DNA of 32,000 nucleotides from Xanthomonas campestris pv. campestris str. ATCC 33913. GTDB taxonomy: Bacteria; Pseudomonadota; Gammaproteobacteria; Xanthomonadales; Xanthomonadaceae. Location of the stretch: NCBI RefSeq assembly GCF_000007145.1, contig NC_003902.1, positions 1,567,436 through 1,599,435 of the forward strand. The letters are read 5' to 3'. Under the pieces are notes generated by a model. The model saw only the letters and a program-made list of their open reading frames with translations, was not told where the DNA came from and searched no databases. Position numbers and translations under genes: made by a program. This document shows positions 7,400-16,585 of the stretch, in pieces (within the stretch, counting starts at the first letter, position 1; each line of letters starts with the position of its first letter).

Positions 7400-8707
7400 T
7401 CAGGCGCGCTTGCCGCGCTTGCGGATCGGCGTCACGGTGGCCGGGTCGCGGCTGCCAACCGGGTCGGCGTCGTAGCGGGCAATAAATTCGCGCACTTGCG
7501 GGTACACCACCTCACGCCAGCGACGGCCGCTGAAGATGCCGTAATGGCCGGCGCCTTCCACCACCAGGTGGCGACGGTGCGCCGCGTCGATGCCGGTGCA
7601 CAGATCGTGCACGGCTTCGGTCTGGCCCAGGCCGGCGATGTCGTCCAGCTCGCCTTCGATACTCAGCAAGGCGGTGTTGCGAATTGCCGACGGCATCACC
7701 AGCTGGCCATCCACCTTCCACTTGCCTTGCGGCAGCAGGAATTCCTGGAACACCACGCGGATTGTGTCGAGGTAGTACTCGGACGGCATGTCCAGCACGG
7801 CGTTGTATTCGTCATAGAACTGGCGATGCGCCTGTGCATCCTGCAGGTCGCCCTTGACCAGGTCGGTGTAGAAATCCCAGTGCGACATCACGTGCCGGTT
7901 GGGGTTCATCGACAGGAAGCCTGCGTGCTGCAGGAAGCCCGGATACACCTGACGGCCATGGCCCGGATACGGGAACGGCACGGTGTGGATCAGGTTGTTC
8001 TGGAACCACTCGATGCCGTTTTCGGTCGCCAGGTTGTTGACCTGGGTCGGGCTACGGCGCGCATCGATCGGCCCGCCCATCATCACCAGCGAGCGCGGGG
8101 TGGGCTCATCGTTGGACGCCATCAGCGACACCGCCGCCAGCACCGGCACGGTGGGCTGGCACACGCTCACTACATGCAGGCGCTCGGCACCGATGTGGCG
8201 AATGAATTCCTGGATGTAAGCGATGTAGTCCTCAAGCCGGAACGCGCCGGCTTCCAGAGGCACCATGCGCGCGTCTACCCAATCAGTCACGTAGACCTTG
8301 TGGTTGCGCAGCAGGGTCCGCACGGTGTCGCGCAGCAGTGTGGCGTGGTGGCCAGACAACGGCGCCACCACCAGCACGGCCGGCTGCTGCTTCATCGTGC
8401 CGATCAGCTCGACATGGTCGCTGAAGCGCTTGAAGCGCAGCAGGCGGCAGAACGGCTTGCTCAGCACCTCGCGTTCGATGATGGGCAGCGAGTGGCCATC
8501 CACCTCGACATCGTCGAGCGCCCAGGCGGGCTTTTCGTATTCCTTGCCCAGGCGATGGAACAGTTCGTTGCTGGCCGCCATGCGCTCGGCGCCCGGGAGC
8601 GAGGCCCACAGGCTGTCGGGGTCGGAAAACATCTTGGCGTTCGCCTGGGCCTGATGCACCCAGGGGGCTAGCAGATTGCGGGTCAGCTCATGCAGTTGAT
8701 AAAGCAT
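7400..8707 (-). CDS. phaZ: Intracellular polyhydroxyalkanoate (PHB) depolymerase, PhaZ family
   Basis: ORF track 7400..9052 carries a 5' extension. The likely start is ATG 8707 (MLYQLHELTRNLLAPW...), the typical N-terminus of intracellular PhaZ; an alternative ATG at 8716 gives MGGMLYQ. The alpha/beta-hydrolase body is recognisable (VLVVAPLSGHHATLLRDTV...VVSVCQPTVPVLAA). Confidence 0.85.
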   Translation of the reverse strand: MLYQLHELTRNLLAPWVHQAQANAKMFSDPDSLWASLPGAERMAASNELFHRLGKEYEKPAWALDDVEVDGHSLPIIEREVLSKPFCRLLRFKRFSDHVELIGTMKQQPAVLVVAPLSGHHATLLRDTVRTLLRNHKVYVTDWVDARMVPLEAGAFRLEDYIAYIQEFIRHIGAERLHVVSVCQPTVPVLAAVSLMASNDEPTPRSLVMMGGPIDARRSPTQVNNLATENGIEWFQNNLIHTVPFPYPGHGRQVYPGFLQHAGFLSMNPNRHVMSHWDFYTDLVKGDLQDAQAHRQFYDEYNAVLDMPSEYYLDTIRVVFQEFLLPQGKWKVDGQLVMPSAIRNTALLSIEGELDDIAGLGQTEAVHDLCTGIDAAHRRHLVVEGAGHYGIFSGRRWREVVYPQVREFIARYDADPVGSRDPATVTPIRKRGKRA

Positions 8708-8861
8708 TCCACCCATCCGTGCGGCTCTTTGCTGCCGCGCAGCATACCCGGTTTGGCGCATTTGCACCTTAATGGGGCTGCGGACGGTAGAGGCCGTCAA
8801 GTCAACTGCGCTAACGCGACGCGGACAGCGTGCGGTCGGGTGGAGCGCGCGGCGGCCCTGC

Positions 8862-9509
8862 TCAGCTGTGTTCCAGCGCCGCTGTCTCGCCCCGCAGCTG
8901 CGGCGACAGCCAGCAATGCGAGCCGAGCGCAGTGAAGCCGACGCTGGCGAAGCGGCGCCGGTACCAGCGTGCCGGCCGCGCCTGGAAGCCCTCATGGTCG
9001 CCTTCGAAGGCGTCCTCTTCGGCAAAGGTTTCCAGAAAGGCCACCCCGGCACACATCTCGGCCAGGCCGGGAAGGCCCTGGTTGAACTCGCGCGTGGGCA
9101 CGTAATGCAGCACGTCCGAGCAGATCAGCAAATCCACCGGCGCGCACGGACGCAACCAGGCAAAGTCGCCGAAGCGGGCCGGGTGGATCTGGCGGCTGCG
9201 CCCGTAGCGCTGCACCGCGTACTCGCTGCTATCGAACCCCAGGTACTGCAGCTTCGGGCGCAGCGCCAGCAGTGGTGCACGCCAGGCGGCTTCGCCGCAG
9301 CCCACATCGAGCACGGTGCGGATCGGGCGCTCCAGGTAGTACTCGGCCTGGGCAACGGCCAGTGCGACCTTTCGCCGCAGGCGCGCAGGGTCTGCCAGCC
9401 CCGCATCGCGGTACCAGCGGGTGAAATAGGTGGCGTCGTACTGTTTGTCGTCGGGCTTGTGCATGCGGATGCGCTTTCGCGCCAGCGGATAGGTGAAAAT
9501 GCGGGCCAT
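8862..9509 (-). CDS. Class I SAM-dependent methyltransferase
   Basis: 215-aa ORF with SAM-binding motif I VLDVGCGEAAW and a downstream acidic motif DLLICSDVLHYV. Alternative start ATG at 9464 (MHKPDDKQYD...). Confidence 0.7.
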   Translation of the reverse strand: MARIFTYPLARKRIRMHKPDDKQYDATYFTRWYRDAGLADPARLRRKVALAVAQAEYYLERPIRTVLDVGCGEAAWRAPLLALRPKLQYLGFDSSEYAVQRYGRSRQIHPARFGDFAWLRPCAPVDLLICSDVLHYVPTREFNQGLPGLAEMCAGVAFLETFAEEDAFEGDHEGFQARPARWYRRRFASVGFTALGSHCWLSPQLRGETAALEHS

Positions 9510-9535
9510 CCTACGCGAGCCAGCGGAGCCAGCGC

Positions 9536-9982
9536 ATGACCCTGTATTTGTGGATCAAGACCTTCCACCTGTTGTTCGTCATCGCCTGGATGGCCGCGGT
9601 GTTCTATCTGCCCCGCATCCTGGTCAACATCGCCGAAGCCGGCACCGACACCGCCGTGCGTGCGCGCCTGGTGCTGATGGGGCGGCGGCTCTACAAATTC
9701 GGTCACAGCATGCTCGGGCTGGCGCTGCTGCTGGGCGCGGTGCTGTGGCTGGGGTACCGGGTGATCCCGGACTTCCCCACGATGGTGGCTGGCGGCTGGT
9801 TGCACGCCAAGCTGTTTGCCGTCGCGCTGATCCTGGCGCACTACATCGTGGCCGGGCGTTGGTTGAAGGGTGTGGACCAGGGCCGGGCACTGCCCAGCGG
9901 GCGCGCGCTGCGCCTGTTCAACGAAGTGCCGGTGGTGTTGCTGGTGGGCGTGATCTGGCTGGTGCTGGCCAAGCCGTTCTGA
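9536..9982 (+). CDS. hemJ: Protoporphyrinogen IX oxidase HemJ (UPF0093/CopD-like membrane protein)
   Basis: 148 aa with 4 predicted TM helices. The N-terminus LWIKTFHLLFVIAWMAAVFYLPRI is the conserved HemJ signature. GGAG lies 8 nt upstream of the ATG. Confidence 0.8.
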   Translation: MTLYLWIKTFHLLFVIAWMAAVFYLPRILVNIAEAGTDTAVRARLVLMGRRLYKFGHSMLGLALLLGAVLWLGYRVIPDFPTMVAGGWLHAKLFAVALILAHYIVAGRWLKGVDQGRALPSGRALRLFNEVPVVLLVGVIWLVLAKPF

Positions 9983-10108
9983 GGGCGGCTCTGGCGGCGA
10001 CGTCGCCTGGCCATCAGACTTGGTGATCGATCTTGCGAGAAGACAGATCTGTGGGGCGATCACAACGCATCGCCTTGCCGCACTGACGCGGACAGTGCAA
10101 CGCAGCGC

Positions 10109-10864
10109 TTACGCCGTAGTGCCCAACTCGCTCAAGCCCTTGCGCGCCAGCTCGACCCAGCCGCGTTGTTCGCGCTGGTAATGCTTCGGCGAGGCCCCGG
10201 CGTGGCGTAGCACCTGCTCGTACATTGCCTTGGCCTGGTCGGTACGCGCGGTGCGCTGCAGCAGCTGTGCATACCGCACGCGCGCTTCTTCGCCCGGGTA
10301 GCCCTGCGCCAGCGTTTCGTATTCGTGCAGGGCGGCGTCGATGTCGCCGCTGTCTTCCACCGCACGGGCATACAGCAGGTGCCCATCGTGCGAGCGGAAG
10401 GTGGGATTGGCTGCAATCAACGCGTCCAGGGTCTGGCGTGTCTGGGCCGGCTGGCCGAGCCCGAACTGCGCCTTGGCCAGCCCGAGCATCAGGTGCAGAT
10501 CGTCGCGGTACAAGCCGCGCAGCGCGCCCTGGAAGTGCTCGGCGGCCTGGGCGTAATCGCCTTGGGCCAGCAGCGTTTCGGCGAGCTGGCGGCGGTTTTC
10601 CGGGGTGTCGGCCACGTCCAGGCGGCGCGAGGCGTCGCGCTGTTCGCGTTGCGGGTCCAGTTTGCTACGCACGCGTTCGAGGCTGCGACGCGCGTTCGGG
10701 TCGTTGCGCAGGTCTGGAATCACCGCCACGAACACGTAGACCAGCACCGCCAGCAACGAAAACGCCAGCAGCAGGAAGATCCAGTACAGCGGACGGCCGC
10801 TGCGCACGACATGTACGCAGCAGGCGGCTTGCAGAACCAGCGACAGCAGCAGGAGAGGGCTCAT
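10109..10864 (-). CDS. Membrane-anchored tetratricopeptide-repeat protein with an N-terminal PLDc_N-like two-helix anchor
   Basis: 251 aa. The N-terminus LLLLSLVLQAACCVHVVRSGRPLYWIFLLLAFSLLAVLVYVFVAVIP forms two TM helices. Helical TPR-like repeats follow (LAETLLAQGDYAQAAEHFQGAL..., LGLAKAQFGLGQPAQTRQTLDALI..., YARAVEDSGDIDAALHEYETLA...). Confidence 0.75.
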   Translation of the reverse strand: MSPLLLLSLVLQAACCVHVVRSGRPLYWIFLLLAFSLLAVLVYVFVAVIPDLRNDPNARRSLERVRSKLDPQREQRDASRRLDVADTPENRRQLAETLLAQGDYAQAAEHFQGALRGLYRDDLHLMLGLAKAQFGLGQPAQTRQTLDALIAANPTFRSHDGHLLYARAVEDSGDIDAALHEYETLAQGYPGEEARVRYAQLLQRTARTDQAKAMYEQVLRHAGASPKHYQREQRGWVELARKGLSELGTTA

Positions 10865-10887
10865 CGGTGCAAGGATTCCATTCCGTG

Positions 10888-10905
10888 GCCGCGCATTCGC
10901 GCGGC
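10888..10905 (-). other. Short GC stem-loop in the accA / TPR-gene spacer
   Basis: GCCGCGC (10888-10894) pairs with GCGCGGC (10899-10905) around the loop ATTC. No U-tract follows on the minus strand, so it is not a canonical terminator. Confidence 0.3.
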
Positions 10906-10921
10906 GATCATGACCTGTGAC

Positions 10922-11881
10922 TCAATGCCCTTCGTAGGCGCCGTAGCTGCGCAGGCGCTCGTAGCGCTGCTGCATCAGCGCGTCCACCGGCACTTTTTCC
11001 AGCGCGTCCAGTTCGTTGAGCAACACGGCCTTGAGCCGCTTGCCCATCTGTTCCGGATTGCGGTGCGCGCCGCCGGTGGGTTCACGGATCACCTTGTCGA
11101 CCAGGCCCAGGCCCTTCAAGCGCTTGGCGGTGAGGCCGAGCTGTTCGGCGGCGTCCTTGGCCTTGGCGGCATCCTTCCACAGGATGGACGCGCAGCCTTC
11201 GGGCGAAATTACCGAATAGGTGCCGTATTCCAGCATCAGGGTGCGGTCGCCCACGCCGATCGCCAGCGCGCCGCCGGAGCCGCCTTCGCCGATCACCGTG
11301 CAGATCACCGGCACTTTCAGCTCGGCCATTTCCATCAGGTTGCGTGCGATCGCCTCGGACTGGCCGCGCTCTTCCGCACCGATGCCGGGGTAGGCGCCGG
11401 GGGTGTCGATGAAGGTCAGCAGCGGCAGACGGAAGCGTTCGGCCAGCTTCATCAGGCGCAGCGCCTTGCGATAGCCTTCCGGGCGCGGCATGCCGAAATT
11501 ACGCGCCACCTTGCTCTTGGTATCGCGGCCTTTCTGGTGCCCGATGATGACCACCGGGCGGCCATCGATGCGGCCCAGGCCACCGACAATCGCCTTGTCG
11601 TCGGCATAGGCGCGGTCGCCGGCCAGTTCCTGGAATTCGTCGCACATGGTGTTGATGTAGTCCAGCGTGTACGGGCGCTGCGGATGGCGCGCCAGCTGCG
11701 ATACCTGCCAGGCCGACAGGTCGCGAAAAATCTGCGCAGTACGCACGCGCAGCTTGTCGCGCAAGGCACGCACTTCCGCATCGACATTCACTGCAGGGCC
11801 GGTGCTGGCCTTGCGCAGCTCCTGGATCTTGGCTTCCAGATCGGCGATGGGTTGCTCGAAGTCGAGGTAGTTAGGATTCAT
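10922..11881 (-). CDS. accA: Acetyl-CoA carboxylase carboxyltransferase subunit alpha
   Basis: 319 aa. [23 protein letters not shown]..., ...[26 protein letters not shown]..., ...[17 protein letters not shown]... are all canonical AccA motifs. Confidence 0.96.
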   Translation of the reverse strand: MNPNYLDFEQPIADLEAKIQELRKASTGPAVNVDAEVRALRDKLRVRTAQIFRDLSAWQVSQLARHPQRPYTLDYINTMCDEFQELAGDRAYADDKAIVGGLGRIDGRPVVIIGHQKGRDTKSKVARNFGMPRPEGYRKALRLMKLAERFRLPLLTFIDTPGAYPGIGAEERGQSEAIARNLMEMAELKVPVICTVIGEGGSGGALAIGVGDRTLMLEYGTYSVISPEGCASILWKDAAKAKDAAEQLGLTAKRLKGLGLVDKVIREPTGGAHRNPEQMGKRLKAVLLNELDALEKVPVDALMQQRYERLRSYGAYEGH

Positions 11882-11950
11882 GCAATGGCGTCGTCAACGT
11901 AAGGCGGGGAGTGTAGCTGAAGCGGTGTCTGCGGCCCGTACGGGGGCGTT

Positions 11951-12037
11951 GGGAGAATCGGGAATGGGAAATGGGGAATCAAAGCAGGGCGGCTGGCTGC
12001 TCTGCTGTTGCGATTCCCCATTCTCGATTCCCGATTC
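11951..12037. repeat. Inverted GGGAATN-heptamer hairpin element, copy B (dnaE-accA spacer)
   Basis: Left arm 11951-11980: GGGAGAATC GGGAATG GGAAATG GGGAATC. Right arm 12010-12037: GCGATTCCC CATTCTC GATTCCC GATTC. The loop is 29 nt. The dnaE stop codon (tca 12036-12038) sits at the edge of the right arm. Confidence 0.9.
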
Positions 12038-15000
12038 ACTGCGCCCACGGCGGGCTGTACTTGACCTTCAACGTGCGCACGGCCGGGTCGGCGCGCAGGC
12101 TGTCCATCAGTTGCTGGTCGATGCGCACCGAGTGGCTGCCGTTGAGGTCGAGCATGCCGGCCACGCCGCCGGCCGGCGAGCGCAGCAGCAGGTCCAGGCG
12201 CAGCGGCGTCTTGCCGGGGCGGTGCTTGGCCAGCAGCGTGTCGATACGGGACCAGGCCTGTTTCTCGCGCAGATCCAGGCGCAACGACAGCCGCTGCGTG
12301 TGGTCGGCGCAGATCTGCTCGTAGTCCCAGCATTGGCGGATGCGCAGGCTGTAGCCGCCGTTGAACTCATCCTCGCGCAGGCCGCCCTTGATGATCAGGA
12401 TGCGGTCACGGGTGAGCAGGTGGCCGAACTCTGCCATCGCGTCGGAGAACGCGCTGCATTCCACCCGGCCGCGGCCATCTTCGAGTTGCACGAACACCTG
12501 GCTGTCGCCCTTGCGGCGCACGCCCACCACCTGGCCGGCCAGGATGGCGCTGACTTCAGGACGCCAGGCGCGCTTTTCACCGTCGCCACCGCCGCCGCCG
12601 CCGCGCTGCTGCGAGGCCAGGATCTTGTCGAGCGCGCTCAGGTCGCAGCCGACCAGTTCGCGCACTTCGTCGCGATGCGGATCGAACGGATGCCCGCTGA
12701 GGTAGAAGCCCAGTGTTTCGCGCTCGCCGGTGAGCAGTTGGCCCAGCGGCCATTCCTTGCTTTCGGGCAGGTCCAGGCGCATCGCCGGCGCGCTCGGGTC
12801 GGGCCCGCCGAACAGCGAGTTCTGGCCGGAGGCACGTTCGCGTGCCATCTGCTCGGTGGCCTTCATCACCTCCGGCAATTGCAGCATCAACGACGCGCGG
12901 TTCTTGCCCAGCCCGTCCATCGCACCGGCGTTGATCATCGCTTCCAGCGTGCGGCGATTGAGCTTTGCGGTGCCCACGCGTGTGCAGAAATCCAGCAGCG
13001 TGGTGTAGGGGCCGTTGCGCAGGCGCTCTTCGACGATGGCCTCGCACGCGCCCTGGCCAACGCCCTTGATCGCGCCCAGGCCGTACTGGATGGTGTCGGG
13101 GCTGGCGGCCTCGAACATGTAGGCCGACTCATTGACGCGCGGCGGCAGCACGGTGAGGCCGAGGTTGCGCACCTCATCGAGAAAGCCCACCACCTTGTCG
13201 GTGTTGTCCATATCCGAGGACAACGTGGCCGCCATGAATTCGGCCGGATAGTGACGCTTGAGCCAGGCGGTCTGGTAACTGACCAGCGCATAGGCGGCGG
13301 CGTGCGACTTGTTGAAGCCGTAGCCGGCGAACTTCTCCATCAGGTCGAAGATTTCATCGGCCTTCTGCGCGCTTACGCCGCCCTTGGCCGCGCCTTCGCG
13401 GAAAATTTCGCGGTGCTTGGCCATTTCAGCCGGCACCTTCTTGCCCATCGCACGACGCAACAGGTCGGCGCCGCCCAGCGAATAATCGCCGACGATCTGC
13501 GCCATCTGCATCACCTGCTCCTGATACACCATGATGCCGTAGGTGTCTTTCAGGATCGCTTCGGTGCGCGGATCGGGATAGATGATGTCCTGCTGGCCGT
13601 GCTTACGCGCGTTGAAGTCCGGGATCAGGTCCATCGGGCCGGGCCGGTACAGCGACACCAGCGCGATCAGGTCTTCGAAGCGGTCCGGGCGCGCGTCCTT
13701 GAGCAGGCGGCGCATGCCCGAGGATTCGAACTGGAACACCGCACCGGTGTTACCCGAGGCAAACACGCCCTTGTAGGTGGGCGCATCGTCCAGCGGAATG
13801 GCGGTGATGTCGACCGGGTCGATGCCGGCACGTGCGTGGCGCACGTTGATCGCCTTCACCGCCCAATCGATGATGGTCAGCGTGCGCAGGCCCAGGAAGT
13901 CGAACTTCACCAGGCCGACTTCTTCCACGTCGTTCTTGTCGAACTGGGTGACCGGATTCTTGCCGCGGCCGCCTTCGTCGTGTTCGGCGAACAGCGGGCA
14001 GAATTCACTCAGCGGTTCGGGCGCGATCACCACGCCGCCGGCGTGCTTGCCGGCGTTGCGGGTGAGGTCTTCGAGCTGGCGCGCCAGGTCCATCAGGTCG
14101 CGGACATCGTCCTCGACCTGATAGCGCTGGATCAGCTCCGGCGAAGCCATCTCCGTGTCCTTGCCTTCGCCCATCGCGTCCTTGAGCGTGATGCCCAGGA
14201 TGTTGGGAATCAGCTTGGCCACGCTGTCGACCAGACCGTAAGTGAAGCCAAGCACGCGCCCGGCGTCGCGCACCACCGCCTTGGCGGCCATGGTGCCGTA
14301 GGTGATGATCTGGCTGACCCGCTCGCGGCCGTATTTGCGCGCGACGTAGTCGATCACCTCGTCGCGGCGGTCCATGCAGAAGTCGATGTCGAAGTCGGGC
14401 ATCGACACGCGCTCTGGATTCAAGAAGCGCTCGAACAGCAGGTTGTACGGCAGCGGGTCCAGATCGGTGATCTGCAGCGCCCACGCCACCAGCGAGCCAG
14501 CGCCGGAGCCGCGGCCCGGGCCGATCGGGATGCCCTGGTTCTTTCCCCACTGGATGAAGTCGGCCACGATCAGGAAGTAGCCGGGGAAGCCCATCTTGAT
14601 GATGGTGTCCAGCTCGAATTCGAGCCGGTCAACGTAGTCCTGGCGGGTCTTGCCGGGCGCGATCGGATTCTTTTCCAGGCGCGCGGCCAGACCGTCGCGC
14701 GACTGGCTGCGAATCCAGCTGTCCAGGGTTTCGTCTTCCGGCACCGGGTAGGCGGGCAGGAAGTAAGTGCCCAGGCGCATTTCGATGTTGCAGCGCTGCG
14801 CCAGCGCCAGCGTGTTGTCGATGGCGTCGGGCACATCGGCGAACAGCGCGGCCATTTCCTCGCTGGACTTGAGGTATTGCTGGTCGCTGTAGTCGCGCGG
14901 GCGCTTGGGGTCGTCCAGCACGCGGCCGGAGGAAATGCACACGCGCGCTTCGTGCGCTGCAAAGTCGCTGGCATACAGAAAGCGCACATCGTTGCTGGCG

Positions 15001-15626
15001 ACCACCGGCAGGCCGCGCACGCCAGCCGCATGCAGCGCGAACTGGTTGAAACGCTCCTCGCCCTCGCGGCCGGTGCGGGTCAGCTCCAGGTGCAGGCCGT
15101 CGCCGAACACGCGCTGCCAGTCGGCGAGCTGCTGCTCGGCCAGGTCGGCGCGGCCTTCGGCGAACAGCCGCCCGGCCAAGCTGTCGCGGCCGGCCAGGGC
15201 AAACAGGTTGGCATGCCCGGCCTGCAGCCATTCGGGGTGGATCGCCACGCCGCCTTCGGGGCGGTGGCCCTCCATCCAGGCGCGGGTGAGCAGGCGCGAC
15301 AGGCTCAGGTAGCCCTCGCGGTCGCGGCACAGCAGGGTCATGCGCCAGGGCGTCACGTCCGGCGTGGCGATCATGACATCGGCGCCGGCGATGGGCTTGA
15401 TGCCCACGCCTTCGGCGGCCTTGTAGAACTTGACCAGGGCGAACAGGTTGTTCAGGTCGGTGACCGCCAGCGCGGGCAAGTCGAGTTCGACCGCGCGGCT
15501 CAGCAGGTTGGCCTGCTTGGCTTTTTTCGGGTCAGCCTGATCCGGTTTCTCGGGCACGCGGATGGTGGAATCCGCCAACGAGAACTCGGTGTGGACGTGC
15601 AGATGGACGAAGCGGGAAGTGGACAT
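12036..15626 (-). CDS. dnaE: DNA polymerase III subunit alpha
   Basis: 1196 aa. PHP domain FVHLHVHTEFSLADS, catalytic core GPGRGSGAGSLVAWALQITDLDP...PDFDIDF, then helix-hairpin-helix and OB-fold regions. Confidence 0.98.
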   Translation of the reverse strand: MSTSRFVHLHVHTEFSLADSTIRVPEKPDQADPKKAKQANLLSRAVELDLPALAVTDLNNLFALVKFYKAAEGVGIKPIAGADVMIATPDVTPWRMTLLCRDREGYLSLSRLLTRAWMEGHRPEGGVAIHPEWLQAGHANLFALAGRDSLAGRLFAEGRADLAEQQLADWQRVFGDGLHLELTRTGREGEERFNQFALHAAGVRGLPVVASNDVRFLYASDFAAHEARVCISSGRVLDDPKRPRDYSDQQYLKSSEEMAALFADVPDAIDNTLALAQRCNIEMRLGTYFLPAYPVPEDETLDSWIRSQSRDGLAARLEKNPIAPGKTRQDYVDRLEFELDTIIKMGFPGYFLIVADFIQWGKNQGIPIGPGRGSGAGSLVAWALQITDLDPLPYNLLFERFLNPERVSMPDFDIDFCMDRRDEVIDYVARKYGRERVSQIITYGTMAAKAVVRDAGRVLGFTYGLVDSVAKLIPNILGITLKDAMGEGKDTEMASPELIQRYQVEDDVRDLMDLARQLEDLTRNAGKHAGGVVIAPEPLSEFCPLFAEHDEGGRGKNPVTQFDKNDVEEVGLVKFDFLGLRTLTIIDWAVKAINVRHARAGIDPVDITAIPLDDAPTYKGVFASGNTGAVFQFESSGMRRLLKDARPDRFEDLIALVSLYRPGPMDLIPDFNARKHGQQDIIYPDPRTEAILKDTYGIMVYQEQVMQMAQIVGDYSLGGADLLRRAMGKKVPAEMAKHREIFREGAAKGGVSAQKADEIFDLMEKFAGYGFNKSHAAAYALVSYQTAWLKRHYPAEFMAATLSSDMDNTDKVVGFLDEVRNLGLTVLPPRVNESAYMFEAASPDTIQYGLGAIKGVGQGACEAIVEERLRNGPYTTLLDFCTRVGTAKLNRRTLEAMINAGAMDGLGKNRASLMLQLPEVMKATEQMARERASGQNSLFGGPDPSAPAMRLDLPESKEWPLGQLLTGERETLGFYLSGHPFDPHRDEVRELVGCDLSALDKILASQQRGGGGGGDGEKRAWRPEVSAILAGQVVGVRRKGDSQVFVQLEDGRGRVECSAFSDAMAEFGHLLTRDRILIIKGGLREDEFNGGYSLRIRQCWDYEQICADHTQRLSLRLDLREKQAWSRIDTLLAKHRPGKTPLRLDLLLRSPAGGVAGMLDLNGSHSVRIDQQLMDSLRADPAVRTLKVKYSPPWAQ

Positions 15627-15862
15627 GCGAGACCGGAATAATGCGCGGTCAGGGTAGCGACGGCAGGCGGGTGGAACAAGGCTTGACAGCGGGGTTCACG
15701 CGTTGCGCCCAGGCGGGGCAGGGGCTGGGCGGCGCGGGTGGTTCAGGCGGCGGCGGGTTGCGCCGGTGAGCAGGCGGGTGGATGCGCAAGCTGCGTGGCG
15801 AGCGCGAGAGCCTTGTAGCGGCGACCCGGCGACCGGCGACCTGCAGACGGCAATGGATCGGC

Positions 15863-16585
15863 TTACTCGGCCAGCAGCAGTCCATCGGCAGGCGCGCAGG
15901 GCACGTCCCAGGCGGTTTGGGCGGTCTCCAGCCCCAGCGCACGGCGCACCGGGGCAAAGCTGCGCCGGTGCTGCGGGCACGGCCCGTGGGTCTGCAGGGC
16001 CGCCAGATGGGCCGGAGTGCTGTAGCCCTTGTGCAGGTCGAAGCGGTATTGGGGGTGCTGCGCATGCAGCTCGCGCATCAGCCGGTCACGGGTGACCTTG
16101 GCCACGATCGAGGCCGCCATGATGGCGCGGTCCAGTGCATCGCCGCCGATCAATGCCTCGGCCGGGCAGGGCAGCCCTTTGGGCACCCGGTTGCCGTCGA
16201 TGCGCGCAAACCCGGCCACATGCGCCACGCCTTCCACCGCACGGCGCATGCCCAGCATGGTGGCCTGGTAGATGTTGATGCGGTCGATCTCTTCGCTGTC
16301 GATCAGCACCACCGACCAGGCCAGCGCGCGATCGACGATGCGTGCATACAGCTGCTCACGGCGCTCGGCGCTGAGCTGCTTGGAATCGTCCAGCCCGTTG
16401 ATGCGCGGCTTGGCCGGGTCGAACACTACCGCAGCCACGGCCACCGGCCCGGCCAGCGGACCACGGCCGGCTTCGTCGACGCCGGCGATCAGACGGGACT
16501 CGGGAGTCGGGAATGGGGAATCGGTAAACAGCGCGTTCTGCGCCGCCGGAACGACGATCGCGCGGTCGGAGCTTGAGCGCGTCAT
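15863..16585 (-). CDS. rnhB: Ribonuclease HII
   Basis: 240 aa containing [22 protein letters not shown]...DSKQLS...[11 protein letters not shown] 16585 overlaps the lpxB stop (ATGA). The 31 residues ahead of the catalytic motif include repeat-encoded [10 protein letters not shown]. Confidence 0.9.
   Translation of the reverse strand: MTRSSSDRAIVVPAAQNALFTDSPFPTPESRLIAGVDEAGRGPLAGPVAVAAVVFDPAKPRINGLDDSKQLSAERREQLYARIVDRALAWSVVLIDSEEIDRINIYQATMLGMRRAVEGVAHVAGFARIDGNRVPKGLPCPAEALIGGDALDRAIMAASIVAKVTRDRLMRELHAQHPQYRFDLHKGYSTPAHLAALQTHGPCPQHRRSFAPVRRALGLETAQTAWDVPCAPADGLLLAE

Noticed and set aside
6848-7485. ORFs 6848-7159 (-), 6958-7197 (+) and 7255-7485 (+) in the convergent gap
   Set aside because: They have no RBS, weak or absent GC3 bias and an implausible Arg/Pro/Cys-rich composition. 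7255-7485 also runs through the phaZ terminator and its 3' end.
11880-15641. 1253-aa ORF on the plus strand covering all of dnaE
   Set aside because: This is an antisense shadow ORF. It is Ala/Gly/Arg/His/Gln-rich low-complexity sequence with no recognisable motif. The opposite strand encodes an unmistakable full-length Pol III alpha with proper GC3 bias. Long stop-free antisense frames are expected at about 65% GC.
15649-16065. 138-aa and 94-aa minus-strand ORFs in the rnhB-dnaE spacer
   Set aside because: They overlap rnhB out of frame and are Pro/Arg/Ala-rich with no motif. They are likely a by-product of GC content.
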